Source: Eledone cirrhosa (Eukaryota). Taken from it: a stretch of DNA of 64,000 nucleotides. Under the pieces are notes generated by a model that saw nothing but the letters and a program-made list of their open reading frames with translations, was not told where the DNA came from and did no database searches. Location: the NCBI GenBank assembly GCA_964016885.1, contig OZ024741.1, positions 147,312,001-147,376,000 on the forward strand, given 5' to 3'. Positions 1-13,273 of the stretch are shown here, piece after piece; the first letter of the stretch is position 1, and each line of letters opens with the position of its first letter. Made by a program: the position numbers and the translations under genes.

Positions 1-20
1 TGCTTTCTCTATCCTATCAG

Positions 21-100
21 CTGGGACCATGAGGCAGCATATAACTGAGATTCTGCACGTCAGAGACACTGAGCAGATGAATAGTGAGGAGGAAGCATGA
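21..100 (+). CDS. Possible terminal coding exon of a gene entering from the left (..GTMRQHITEILHVRDTEQMNSEEEA*)
   Basis: Pyrimidine tract + AG (tttctctatcctatcag) ending at 20, an open frame to TGA 98-100, and AATAAA at 255-260. No homology recognised. Confidence 0.15.
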
Positions 101-2599
101 TAAGGTTTCATTGATTAATTCATACTGTAACTGTTGGCCACTACATACACAGATACATGCATACACAAGACTATACTATATTAAATTTTCCACTCAGAAA
201 GTGTGTATACAATTGTCTATAATGCATTTGTATGATAAAAAATTATACTCAACCAATAAAAGGTTTTCCAAAATACAGTTCAATCTCCAAACAACTATTA
301 ATATATAAAAATACATGTCGCCATTAAGCAGCAGCCATACATATTAGGCATGTGAACCAGTCAACATACAAGTGATAAAGCAATATACAATAACTATGAA
401 AATACACTCTTAACAGATGCAATGTGTCTGAACACAGAAGAGCCGAACTCCCACCGTCATCGCCCCCATCTCTCTGTATAGTGAGCAAATGGGGTCTCAC
501 ATGCTGGCCACACCACAGCCCAGGCGGACACAATGGAGAAGGCGTTTCCCCGGAGGATAGTAATGGAGATGCACTGGAAGAGCCATTCCATCTCGCAGGC
601 TCATACTTGTGGCTGGCCAGCTCAGCACCTATGGTGGCGAGTAAGGACACCAGAAGTCTCCACTGCCAAGGGCACAACTGCAAACCTGTCGGAGAGTGAC
701 CAGTACATATCTACTATTTTGAGAAGTTTGCTGAAGAACAACATCTTTAACTTTTAACATCCTGTAACGATTCAGTAGAAAATTATTGTGATGCAGTCAG
801 TGCCGTTTTGTACCTTTCAAAAATGTCTGACTATTGTGGTTTTATGCAGTACAAAATGTTAAGAGTTAAAACATGTGTCTATACCTGTAAGTAGAGCATT
901 TTATACATAAATTCTGTGCTATGTGGATTTTTTCTGATATTCAATTCAGTCATAAATATGGTTACTTTGAATAGCTAATGAATCATTAAGTCTTTCACAC
1001 GAGATATTTCTAAGCTACAAACTTGTGGGATTGTTTTGATACCAACCCACTATCTTTAACATCCTATAATGATTTAGCAGAAAATTATTGTGATGCAGTA
1101 ATATTAAGTTACTATTTTAGTAATGAGATAATTAAGAATTTTGGTAAATCCCTCCAAAATTATTCATGAATTAATCGAAATAGAGTTTATTTCATTACGG
1201 TAAGGAAAAGATTAAGTATTATATAATCACGCATACACACACACACCAACAGACATATATATATTTCTATATATTTATTTACATAACTCCATAGCAAACA
1301 TCATAAAAAGAAAAAGTAGTGAGGAGGGGGGAAGAAAGAGGAAAAAACTGGTAAACAGACCGAATGGGGGGGGGGGGGGCACAGAGCAATAGAACATGCA
1401 AGTGAGTAACTGAGGAAAAAATAGAATAGAATAAGTTATAACGAACCGATTAGATTTAAGTTTGGTGGTGCAATAACTAGGAGCGTGGTAGTACCGTGAG
1501 ATCTCAATCAAAGTGAGGGGGAGAGAGAGAGAGAGGAGGAGAGAGAGAGAGAACAAGGGAGAGGAAAAAGGGAAGAGAGAGAAGGAGAGAGTCGATATGA
1601 AAGCGTGGTGGGACCATATATATAATACTAAAAGTCTGTGATTGCTTGCTTGCTTGTCTGTAATGTAATACAACCAAACGGGCGCATAATGGGAAAATAC
1701 TTTGAGAGGAAGTTGACCTGAAATGGGAATACAAAATGGAATAAACCAAGTTTCACGTAAATCAAAGCAAGAGTTCCCGAGATATGGGGTTTTCTAGGTA
1801 CCTTCATAAACAGAGAGAGAGAAGGATAGAGAGGACGAGATAGTGGTTGTGAGAGAATAGATTGAAAGAGAGACATAAAGAGAGGGAGAGGAGACTGAGA
1901 AGGAGAATGGAAGAGAGGGAGAGAGCTGGTGGTGTTGCTGTGTATGTATATATGTGAGTGTGTGTGTGTATATGTGTGTCTATGATCAGTGTATATAGAT
2001 CACAGACACCCACATATATATATATATATATGTATACACACACATTTATATATATACATACACACACGTATATATATGGGCCTTCTAGTTTCATTTACAT
2101 TATATACATGGCTGTGTATATTTTAATTATTTAAAAATTATTTTTAAGTTAACATGATTTGTTTTTAATATTTTGAAGTGAACGTGACCCAACGGGTCAC
2201 GGGTGGTCTAGTGAGGAGAGAGTGATGGTTCAGGAGTGTTCTAAGCAATCATTAGGTCCTGGGCTCGATCCTACTGTGTATCATCTTGGGCAAGTGTCAT
2301 TTACAGTAGTCTCAGGTCAGCCCATGCCTTGGGAATAGATGGAAACTGTTTGGAAACCTGCCGGATTGACTGTACCTGTAATTCAAAAGTCCAGCCTTAT
2401 CATACTTAGTATCATACTGAATCTCACTGAGAAATATATTAATGTTACACAAGTCTGTAGAATGCTCAGCTAATTACACGTTAATTTCATGAGTAGACTG
2501 TTCTGTTGATCAAATAGCTGGAGCATCCACCGTTGAAACCCGCAATACAAAGTGCAATTCAACATTATGGTCTAAAAACAATGTAATCTATTTGTTGCT

Positions 2600-3360
2600 C
2601 TGAGGGCAGGAATCTTTACATTGGATATGAAGTATTTTCAAAACAGTAAATTGCTGTTTCTTCCCCTACTACCACCACTGAAACCGACCAATGAATGAAA
2701 ATGGTTTGAAAGAATGTTTAGAAGAGAAGTTTGCTGCTCAAGGCTTGTTTATATTTTAAAGAAAGAAACAACTTTACACTTTTTTCTTTTTCATTGCAAC
2801 AAGAAAATGAATTTGATCATTGGAAAGTGCCAGAAAGGCTTAGCATTGATGAGAAAAAACTCAAAATAATCATCGACACTGCTTCACCCAATGGAAGGAA
2901 ATGGAAAGTATTCTTTCAGAAAATAGAGAAATTATTGACATAGAGCTTTAGTCTGAAATTGTACCATGAAAATGTAAATGGCAGGAAGCTTTCAGCAGAA
3001 TTCTCCTTTACGTAACATTTTTACCAATTCAAAATCTTGTTCTGAGTAATTACAAGGAATCCATGGATATGAAAAAAAGGAAAAAGCAATTTTGGATGCT
3101 TATTAAAATTGATAACAAACTGTGGATGTATAACAAAAGAACATCTGCGTAATATAGAAAAGCTTACTGCAAGAATATTACATTTATCTTTGCATAATGA
3201 ATGGCCTCAACTGATGGTTTCTACATTTCCCCAGAAATTACTACTTAGCACTCACAAGACCAAATATATTGGTGTCATGTTTGATACTACTCCAAATCAA
3301 GTACATCAACAGCAAATAGAATAGTTAGTTAGTTATACTGATAAAACTAATGAAAAACAA
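2600..3360 (+). pseudogene. Decayed hAT-type (ZMYM1/DUF4371-like) transposase
   Basis: Broken-frame fragments ..FDHWKVPERLSIDE.., ..ITKEHLRNIEK.. and ..KYIGVMFDTTPNQVHQQQIE resemble the FS(I/V)xxDETxDxSxxEQL region of hAT transposases; many stops. Confidence 0.45.
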
Positions 3361-4994
3361 TATGGTTTTCAAATAATTTTTATAATAATCAAGAAGGAGG
3401 AATTTAGTAATGTAACTATCTTTCTCATTAGTTAGCTAGTGTTTATAACATAACCTAACAAGGTTGCTCACATACACTTATGATGGAAGGTTTTTAAAAT
3501 AAATATAAACACTTAAAAACAAGTCGTTTTGTATCGTAGAATTAGAGATGGTTTCTGGCATTTTGGTATCAAAAGGGTTAAGGAGAAAATAAGTTCTTGA
3601 AAAGAATATAATTTAAAATATATTGAATAAAAATGGTAAAACACGTTGCTCCAGTCCACTCAGCTTGAAAACATGAGTTGCAATGACACTGATGACAAGC
3701 TGTATCAGCTTTTGCCTTTCCTTGAGATACATGTTAAGAATTAACAATACTTCCCCCTAATAAAATTGTCATAATGCAAAAGGAATAAATAAATACTTGA
3801 AGTGTGCATAAATGGGAAGGTTTCCAGCTTTTGCTAAAATGTCTCTCTGTGGATGAATAGGTTGTAGTAAAACTATCAGAAATCTTGATAATAAAATGAC
3901 TCTAAAATCGATGGTAACAATTAAAATTTTACTTTATCAAATTTCATGAAATATGCTGTTTGAAAACAACAAAGTGTAATAGAATTCAAATGAAAGACCT
4001 AACTTAAGATTTGTAGTTGTAGTTCTCATTTAGATTGTTAGGCAGTTGTCAAGAAGAGAAGGATAAAGAGACTCTTAATTATAGTCTTCTGAAATTCTTT
4101 TTTTTTTTTTACGCTTATTACATAGAATATACTTCTATCTGTTTTGACGATGGGTGCTCCAGTTGTTAAAACAACAGAACAGTTTACTCGTGAAATTAAC
4201 GTACAAGTGGCTGATCATTTCACTGATACGTGTATGCTTAATGTAATTCACAAGTAGATTCAGCATGATACAGTGTGTGATAAGGGTGGCCGTTTGAATT
4301 ACAGATACAGACCATCCAACACGCCCCCAAACAATTTCCGTGTATCCAATTTCATTCACAATGATTGGGTCAATCCAAAGTTATGGTAAAGGGCATTGCC
4401 TAAGACACCATGCAGGGAGATCGAACCCATGGAAGTGGGGTAGAAAATTGAGAGAAGGGGGAAGAGAAAGAGAATGTGGTAGAGCGCGAGAAAAAAAAAG
4501 AGTAATAATGATTAATGTCTCAAGCCCGAGGGTTCATCAGGCCGGTGCTTATCTCAGTTTCCTTGGCGTTAAACTCCCAGTTATTGCTGGTATTCCTTTT
4601 CAGTTGAGTATATTGAAGCAACATGAAATGAAGTGTTTTAGTGATTAATGACAATCCTTAAAATATTTCTTCATTCCTTACTTCTATTTTGGCATGCTAT
4701 GAAAAATCTTGAAGAATTTAATCCCTAATTATAAATCTTTCTGGTTTCAGTTTCCTGCCATTTCCCGAATGGTTCTCTTCATTATAGGAGGCCATGAGAT
4801 TTCGTGTTTTCACAGAGATTAACACTGAGTATTTAACTTCGACTTCATGGATCTATTAGTGACAGTTTAAAGAATTTTCAAAGTATTACGGCATTTTAGT
4901 TTGGAATCATGTCAAATCAAGTTTAGAGATTTTCTATCATCACTTAATAATTCTATAGATCTAAATAGCCAGAGTGGTAATTTCAGTGATGATG

Positions 4995-5246
4995 TTAATC
5001 TTTTCGTTGCCACATTTCTAATGAAAGATACTGCTTATGTATTTCAATAATTATGAAAATAATCAAAACTTCCGAGGAATTTAGTAATATAACTAACTTT
5101 CTCATTATCAAGAGCATAACTTTACAAAAGTTCTTGTATAAAATTATGATGCAAGGTTTTCGGACAAATATAATCACTTTAAAAGATACAATTTTGAATC
5201 GAAGAATAAAGGGCAGTTTTAGTCGTTTTGGTATTGAAAGGGTTAA
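4995..5246. mobile_element. piggyBac-like MITE (TTAA-bounded); related copies at ~1020-1214 (inverted), ~3370-3581 and 5477-5696
   Basis: Starts ttaatcttttcgttgcca and ends tggtattgaaagggttaa; the internal motif gaatttagtaatRtaact..ttctcRttat is shared by the copies. Confidence 0.55.
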
Positions 5247-7361
5247 AAAGTCGAAACGATTGGACTATAATTGATAATTTCTTCGTGGATGTGATACAAC
5301 AGACAAGAATTTTGAGTGGTTAAGGTACTGAACAACTGACTGCAAAATTATATGTTTAAGTTATACCACATAACACTATTGTAATCTTACGAAGATCACC
5401 TTACTTTTCTAAACTTTCCTCGGAATCACTGAAAGTATAGGTATAAGACTACACTTGTAATGATTACACAATCCATTTAATTCTTTCGTTATCACATTTC
5501 TTATGAAAAACACTGCCTAAGATTTTCAAAAAAAGTTTGAAGATAATCATATTGAAGGGATTTAGTAATGTAACTAATTTTCTCGTTATTAATTTGGTGT
5601 TTGGAGCGTAACTTATATAAAATTATGGTGGAGGGTTTTTAGATATACATAAACACTGTAAGACAGTTTCAGGCGGTTTGATATCAAAAGGGTTACATGA
5701 TTTGACACCAAATCCTATCAAAGGAACGTCTTTCCTTTATGTAATTCCATTTCTTGGTCTTGAGAAATATATATTATTTTGGATTCAAATTATTATTACC
5801 CCTTTTATGTTACTGGAACATGGGTCTTTGGAGTCGCTTCTATCACATTTTTTTTGCAATAACATTTAATGATCCTTCTTCAAGCCTTTTTCTTTTCTTT
5901 TTTGGTATTAGTCAGGTCGTACAGAGATTTTTTAAATGTCAGAACATGAATATACATCAAAAGTGAGAGATGTCAACCATCCCAACTTACTCTTCAAAGG
6001 AAAAAAGCCTAAGTGAGAGCACAATATTAGTATTTTGACTACCGCAATTTCCACCCGCTTATCCAGGTGTATTTGAAGAAGTTAATGAGGACTTAGCCGA
6101 AGAGGGAAGGGTCTCTTAGTCCTTTCAACGATATCCACTCCTTTGCGTTTTTCACCATAGCCATTAAATACAGGGAAACTTCCTGATCTTTCCGGAAGCC
6201 GGTGGGACAATTTTTATGAAGGACTCGGCTGACAGTCGGATCTATTCTATATGGGGAAATAGTTGTTTGACATAGCTCTACAGGTCGGCAATATTCTGGA
6301 CTGATCTAGTGCATGCAGAAGATCAATTGAACTTATCAAACTTTTTATGAGCTCTCTTATATAACAATCAGAACAAACACTGCTTAGAAGTGAGAAACGG
6401 TAGACGGAGATATTCGGTGAGCATATATCTGGTTAAGCAGATGTCAGAAGCCACGATAAAATGTTTTCATATTGGAAAGAAAGACGTGTTTATAACTCTT
6501 CCTATTACAAGTAACTCAGAATACTTCGAAACCTTTCCATTCCACTACTCTCAATTTTAATTCTTTTCATTTATTATGTTTGATTAAGTTAAAAGGAAAT
6601 ATATGTTTAATAACTTTAATGAAATATGTGAGAGATCATACGTCATCTACGAAATATCGACAGTGTATGTATAGAGAAAAGTATATATATGTATAGGAAC
6701 TAGGAGAAAAGTAGTAGAGAACAATTAATCAACGGGCAAACAAAGTTTGCAACGTAGCTTAAATTGCCTGCTGCTAACATTTCACTAACTTTAGATCACA
6801 TATACCCTCTAAGGATGATCGTCAAATTGCATCTTCTTATTCCTTATTTACGAAAATATGAACGAAACTGACGACAGGATCAAACGTAAGGTAAACATCC
6901 AAACTGTAAAACTGTACACGTGTAAATCGAGAATTTTACGCAATATTAATCTCATTTTTCAAGTGTATATGAAGGTACGTAGCTTAGTGATTGGTGATCG
7001 TGATTGTAAGGTTGGGCATTAGACTCTTGGACCAGGTGACACGATATGTCCTTTAACAAGACACTTCATTTCACTCAGCTGAAAACAAATGAGTACCAAC
7101 AGTAGGTAATGGTTAACTCTGCAACGTATTACCGTTCTGTCCAGAGTGGGGTGGCATGTAATCTCAGTCATTTAACGGCGATAAGCTTCTAGGCATGGAA
7201 CAGACATTTTCAAACCTACAAATGTATATTTTCATCTGTACTGTTTCGATCATCTCGATCTCTGATCCTCCTCAAGTTAAATTTATTTGTAACGAACGTT
7301 CCCTCTCATTTTTCTCAACCCCTCAGTGGAATGTTTGATAATTTGAGCAAAATTATTTTAA

Positions 7362-7524
7362 ATTCCAAGCTACTGAACAGCAACATTTCAAAACGGTAAC
7401 ATTTCAAAGCTACCGAGCAACAGCGTTTCAAAACTACTGCCCGACATTTCAAAGCTACTGAGTGACAACATTTCAAAGCTACTGCACAGAAAAATTTCAA
7501 AGCTACTGAACAACAATATTTGAA
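7362..7524. repeat. Minisatellite, ~24-bp unit (atttcaaagctactgaacaacaac), ~7 degenerate copies
   Basis: Repeated atttcaaagctact core. Confidence 0.8.
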
Positions 7525-7991
7525 TGTACGCAGCAACGATAAAGCGCAGGGTAGGCGCGTATTCGTGCAGTTTACAGGAAATGTTCTGCGTAACTATTAA
7601 TTATTGCATTTTTGTATTTATTTAAATTTACTTATCAGTCACGGCAGCTATATTGATTACAGTTACTCTGGAAGTATATGAGGGGGAAATAATGACTATC
7701 TTAGAAAAGAAACAACACATTGTACAATGTCAAACAAATATATACATATATATTAGGTCTGAACATAATGGAATCAAATTCCCATTGTCACTGCCTTCAT
7801 CTCTCTCTCTCTCCCCATATCTCACTATTATAAGCAAATGGGGGCCCACGCGCTGGCCGCCCCACGATCCCGGTCGACATTGTACATGTACGAATAATTA
7901 AAAGAGCCGGCTTTATCACACACAGTGTCATTTTAATTCCCCCTGTAGACTACATTAAGGATACACATGTTTTAGGGATACTCAGCTACTT

Positions 7992-8231
7992 GAAATACGG
8001 TTTTAGGAAGCCGTAGCTATGTAAACACCGGGGGGGGGGGGGCTAACGCCCTCTGGTGGTGTCCAGCAGAAGCAAGGGGGCAACCGTCTATGCATTTCAG
8101 GCTTGACTGGCCATTGTCAAGCCTGAAGTTCATAGACGGTTGCCCCCCTTGCTTCTGCTGGACACCACCAGAGGGCGTTAGCCTCCCCCCCCCGGTGTTT
8201 ACATAGATACGGCTTCCTAAAACCGTATTTC
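7992..8231. repeat. Near-perfect 240-bp GC-rich palindrome (foldback/MITE-like)
   Basis: gaaatacggttttaggaagccgta...tcaggcttgac-[tggccatt]-gtcaagcctga...tacggcttcctaaaaccgtatttc; a partial copy of the core lies at ~8998-9050. Confidence 0.9.
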
Positions 8232-10345
8232 TTTAGAAATACGAAATTTCTATTATAATGAATGTTTTGTTTTTATGATCTGTTTCATAAATGCCTTGTT
8301 AGAAGTGCATAGCAACAGATCACAAATGACTCGTTCTTACCACACACACGTACACTTTTTATGTCTCTGTCACATTCTCAGGTATATTCCTCTGAATATA
8401 TACTTAGCTGTATGGTTGTACCCTCGTTAAACATCTCCTGGTTCAATATATGTTACATTAGTGACTATGATGAGCTCAAGCGTTTAGTCGAATTCTGTCC
8501 ATATCTAACATGCAACATTCACATCTATCTTTTTCATTTTGTGTTTCTTTAATAGTTAGATGTAGAAGTATTGATCGCAAATAGAAAGTATAATTCTTTC
8601 AGACCCAGACTTACATTGGAAGTTGGTCAGCAGCTAGTAAATGCTTTTAATATCACAGACAACTAATATACAGGATGGAGGGTTGGCAGAATTGGCAGAG
8701 CGTCGGTTAAAATGCTATTATGGTATTTGTTCTGGCTCTTTACATTTTGAATTCAAATCTCACCGAAGTCAGCTTCGCTTTTCATCCTTCCTGGCTCGAT
8801 AAAATAAAGTACCGGTCAAGTTGACTTAATTTGTGTTTCCTTACAATTTGTTGGCCTTGTGCCTAAATTAGAAACCAATATAACAGTGAGCACATTGAAG
8901 TGTATTGTCTCTTTTAAGGGTATTTGCTACACAGAGGCTTATTTCCTCCAAACAGTTTAATTTTATGTAGATATTTCATTTTATGTTTATAATTTAACTA
9001 TGCATTTCAGGCTTGACAATGGCTTGACAATGGCCTTTATCCTCCGGTGTTTATTTAAGCACAAAACCAGCAATTTTTTTTTTTAATACCTATATGTATA
9101 AGTTTTCAATTCCAATTACTTGCGCCAAGCTAACTTTGATATGTAAAATTGGATGGGTTTGTTGTATATTTTAATTTTTTGTGTATGAAGTGCCACGAGC
9201 CCCCAAGGTCTAAATCCAGCCCTGAGCACACGTGCAGAGCTGAATTAAATATTAATCATAACAAGCACATGCTTAGAGCATCAAGTGGGGAGTGGCACCA
9301 TTTTATTCAAATTAATTGTATTTGTCATTACAAAAAGAAAACAATTGAAGCCTTTTTATAGATGGACGAGGGACACCATAATCTTTTAATTGCTTAGGGT
9401 CAAAAGGACACATGTCTGTGGAATACTCAACCACTTACACGATGATTCGTGAATCGGGTATGATTGAACAACTAAATATCATCGTCGAAAACGACGGAGA
9501 ATCCATCACCCCATATTAATGGGAGTAATAAAAAAAACCATACCATGAAATAAACAACCCAAACACTTTGGTCAATAACCGCAAAATATTTGTGTTTGTA
9601 CTTTTTTGTTTATGTCTGTTTGTGTTGTGTGTGTGTGTGTGTGTAAGAGAGAGAGTGGGTGTGTGTGTGAGGGAGAGAGCGTGTGTGTGGGGGGGGAGAG
9701 AGCGTGTGTGTGTGGGGGAGAGAGAGAGTGAGTGTGTGTGTGAGAGAGAGATTGTGTGTGTATGTGTGTGAGAGAGAGAGTGTGTGGGTTTTCAGTGAGT
9801 AAGAGTAAACTGCATACGTTAAAAAAAACATTCTTAGTGTGGCTTCATACATCAATATAAAAATAAAAACACCATTAGATAGATAAAAATGAGTGTCTAT
9901 GTGTGAGTGACTATTTGATTGTCTGTGTGTTTATTTGACTGTCTGTGAGTCATGTGTGCGTGTGTATGTCTATTTTATTATGTGTCTGTGACTTTAGTTG
10001 CGTGTGTGAGTGTGTCTATTTGATTGTATGTATGTGTGTGTCGATTTAATCGTTTATATGTGTGTGTGTCAATTTGACTGTGTTTCTGTATGTATTTGAT
10101 TGTGTATGGGTGTGTGGGTGGGTGTCTATTTGACTGGGGGTGAGTGGGTGCCTATTCCATTGTGTGTGTTTGGGTAAATGTAAATCTGTTGTTGTTGGTG
10201 GTGTTGGTGGTGGGGATGATGATGATATTCCTCATGGTGGGTGAGGCGGCATTTCTGCAATAGCAAATTCTATTGTTAATTAAACTTTTATTTTTCTGAA
10301 TAAAATCAGACGAAACACACACTGAAACATGTTTGTATGTGTGTC

Positions 10346-10385
<40 letters not shown>

Positions 10386-10869
10386 TAGGGAGGGGGGTAA
10401 TAAAACGCGGAAAGAAATGAATAAGAAAAGCGTAATCATAGTCGATATCAAAAGCTGAAAAATCTTAAAACAGTTTTTGATGAGAGACGTTAAAAGTAGA
10501 TTGTCGTGTAGTTATTCACTGACAGCAGACGACAAGCTGAAGAAATGTAACAGCTTGGAATTTGAACAGCTACCTTCAATACTGGATATTTTCTTTGATA
10601 TCTAATCGAACTCTTACTGATCAACAAATAGGAAAAAGTAGCATATGCAACACTTTAACAAAAGCTGTGGAAGACAGCGAAGTCAGTAGAACATTGAACT
10701 AAATGTATTACATTATGTGACTGGGTAATGGCGGAGGTTTAGAGCGTCGACAAATTCCTTTACACTATTTAATTACGGCTCTTAATGTTTTGAATTCAAA
10801 TCCAGCCAAAGTACCAGTCATGTAGTGGGCCCGATAGTTTTGTGCCTAAATTAGAAATAATTATTTGTT

Positions 10870-11050
10870 CGGTGTATCGGTAGAGGGTTGGACGCCATGC
10901 TTTCTATCATAGTTACGTCCCTTTATGATCTGAGTTCAAATCCCGCCGAGGTTCACTTTGCCTTTCATCCTTACGGGGTCGATAAAATAAAGTACCAGTA
11001 ATGCACTGGGTATTTGCTGGCCTTGTGCCAAAAGTAGAAACAATTATTTG
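10870..11050 (+). mobile_element. tRNA-derived SINE family A; further diverged copies at ~8677-8880, 11330-11900, 16738-16882, 37513-37700, 39470-39675 and 45657-45858
   Basis: B box gagttcaaatcc, central gcctttcatccttacggggtcgataaaataaagtaccag, and 3' ttgctggccttgtgcc..agtagaaacaattatt. Confidence 0.85.
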
Positions 11051-12994
11051 TTAAGAAGCTCGTTTCGCAATCATGAGGTATCGTGTGGCATCATGGGTAT
11101 CATTAACCACTTACACATGAATTCAAGTGTCAGACGTTCAGTCACTTGAATGACTGAATTTTGATCGTCGAAACCGACGGAGGGCCCGTCATTACATTAT
11201 TTAGTTACTTTACTGCAAATGCTATGAACATTACCCCATTTCCTAAACAATATATTTTAAATAAATAAACTCCACACACAAATGAACTTCCCCTGAGATG
11301 TCTACTTTGCCTGCTCTACATATAACATTATGCCTTTCATCCTTATGGGGTCCATAAAATAAAGTACCAGTAATGTACTGGGTAATTGCTGACCTTGTGC
11401 CAGTAGAAACAATTATTTAATCTTAAAGAATCTGGTATTTATTTTATCGATCCCGTGAGGGTGAAAGGCAAAGCTAACCCCAGCGGAATTTGAACTCAGA
11501 ACGTAAAGGTGACGTAACTCTATGCCGCAAAGCATGTTGTCCGACGCTCTACCGATAGTGCCAATCAACCGTCCTCTGGGTAGAGTATATAATATGACGG
11601 CGAATTGGCAGAGTTGTTAGAGTGTCGGATTATAAATGTCTCGGCATTTATTCCAGCTCACTGAGCTCTGAGTTCAAATCCCGCAGATGTCAACTTTCCC
11701 TTTTAATCCGTTCGTGGTTGGTAAATATGCTAGTCTACTACTTAATTATTCAAAGTTGAATCTTCCTCTATCTCTCTTTAGTATTCTCTCACATACACTC
11801 TCTTTTTCATTCTCTGGAAGAAATCGGCTGGGGTCGATTTAATCGACTTTCCCTTCACCCAAAATTGTTGTCTTTGTGCCTAAATTAGAAACTATTATTA
11901 GATTCAATTCAACTCTGAATATATTTTATTCAGAAAATTTAGAAAAAAATACAGATCACCATGTTAAACGGAATGGAACTCTATCAGTTTTAATGATGAG
12001 CGTTCCAGTCGTTCGATCGAGAAATCATAAAAATTAACGTAAAATGATTGAGCATTCCACTGACATTTGTACCCTTAACATAGTTTTCAGATATATTATG
12101 TGTGACAATGCTGTACCTTTGAATTACAGATTCAGTTTGTCTGACGGGCTTCCAAACAGTTTCTGTCTATCCAATTTCACTCACAAGGCTTGGGTAAAAC
12201 CGAAGTGATTGTAAATACCAATTGCTCAAGATATCACGCAAGGGACCGAACCCGTGGCTTAATGCTTCTAAAGAGAACTTAACCATTCGACTATGCTGTG
12301 TCTAAACCGTAACATACTACGTAGACATATGTGGATGAGAATCGACCAACAGCTATTCACTAACTTTTCTGATTTGTTCATTAATTATTCTGTTCGTCTT
12401 TTACTGATTTCAGCCAGTCTTATCGTTATAATACATGTCAATCTCCTCGGCAAGCTGAAAGACAGTGTAATATAAGAATCCAGAGGTCGTTAAGTTCAAA
12501 TGTAAAAGATAATTTCGTCGCCAATTTCAACATCTTAGATCATAGTTAACAGCAGCTGATTGTGGAAGTTGATATGCTGCAGTAGTTGTTCATCGCCAGT
12601 TGGAAATGAAGGTGGTTTATGGAATGTGTAAGAAAGATTGCAATTGGTGAGCGAGATAAGTTAGTAACATTTTAGAATACATACATACATACATACATAC
12701 ATACATACATACATACATACATACATACACACATAAATGCATACATACATACATACATACATACATACATACATACATACATACATACATACATACATAC
12801 ATGATGATGGCTGCCCCCTCGTTATCGAGTATGGCCATTGCACGAGGAGAAAAAAAATATATTAATAAATAAATAAAAAATTAAATAAAATAAAAAAAGA
12901 AATATATATATATATATACACACATACATAAACATATATACACACACATATATATACACACACACATATACATTAATACCAATAATAATAATAA

Positions 12995-13176
12995 TAATTG
13001 TTTCTACTTTAGGCACAAGGCCAGCAATTACCCAGTGCATTATTGGTACTTTATTTTATCGACCCCGTAAGGATGAAAGGCAAAGTCAATCTCGGCGGGA
13101 TTTGAACTCAGATCGTAAAGGGGCGTAACTATGCTGGAAAGCATGGCGCCCGACCCTCTACTGATACTGCCAATCG
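12995..13176 (-). mobile_element. SINE family A copy with (TTA)n tail
   Basis: Reverse complement of the family A consensus. Confidence 0.9.
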
Positions 13177-13273
13177 AATAATAATAATAACAACAATAAT
13201 AATATACATATACATATATACATACACACGCACGCACATAAACATATCTATACACACACACACACGATAACAA

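Noticed and set aside
424-757. GC-richer ORFs as a host exon
   Set aside because: Overlaps a dispersed repeat (similar to ~7780-7880) and no protein motif was recognisable.
6040-6330. L1/Tx1-like C-terminal relic on the minus strand
   Set aside because: Only faint similarity (..LINFFKY..) across broken frames; not supportable without a search.
7362-7524. CRISPR-like array (also the 17-bp satellite at 25425-26910 and the repeats at 9900-10140)
   Set aside because: Contiguous degenerate tandem units without unique spacers, no cas genes, eukaryotic context.
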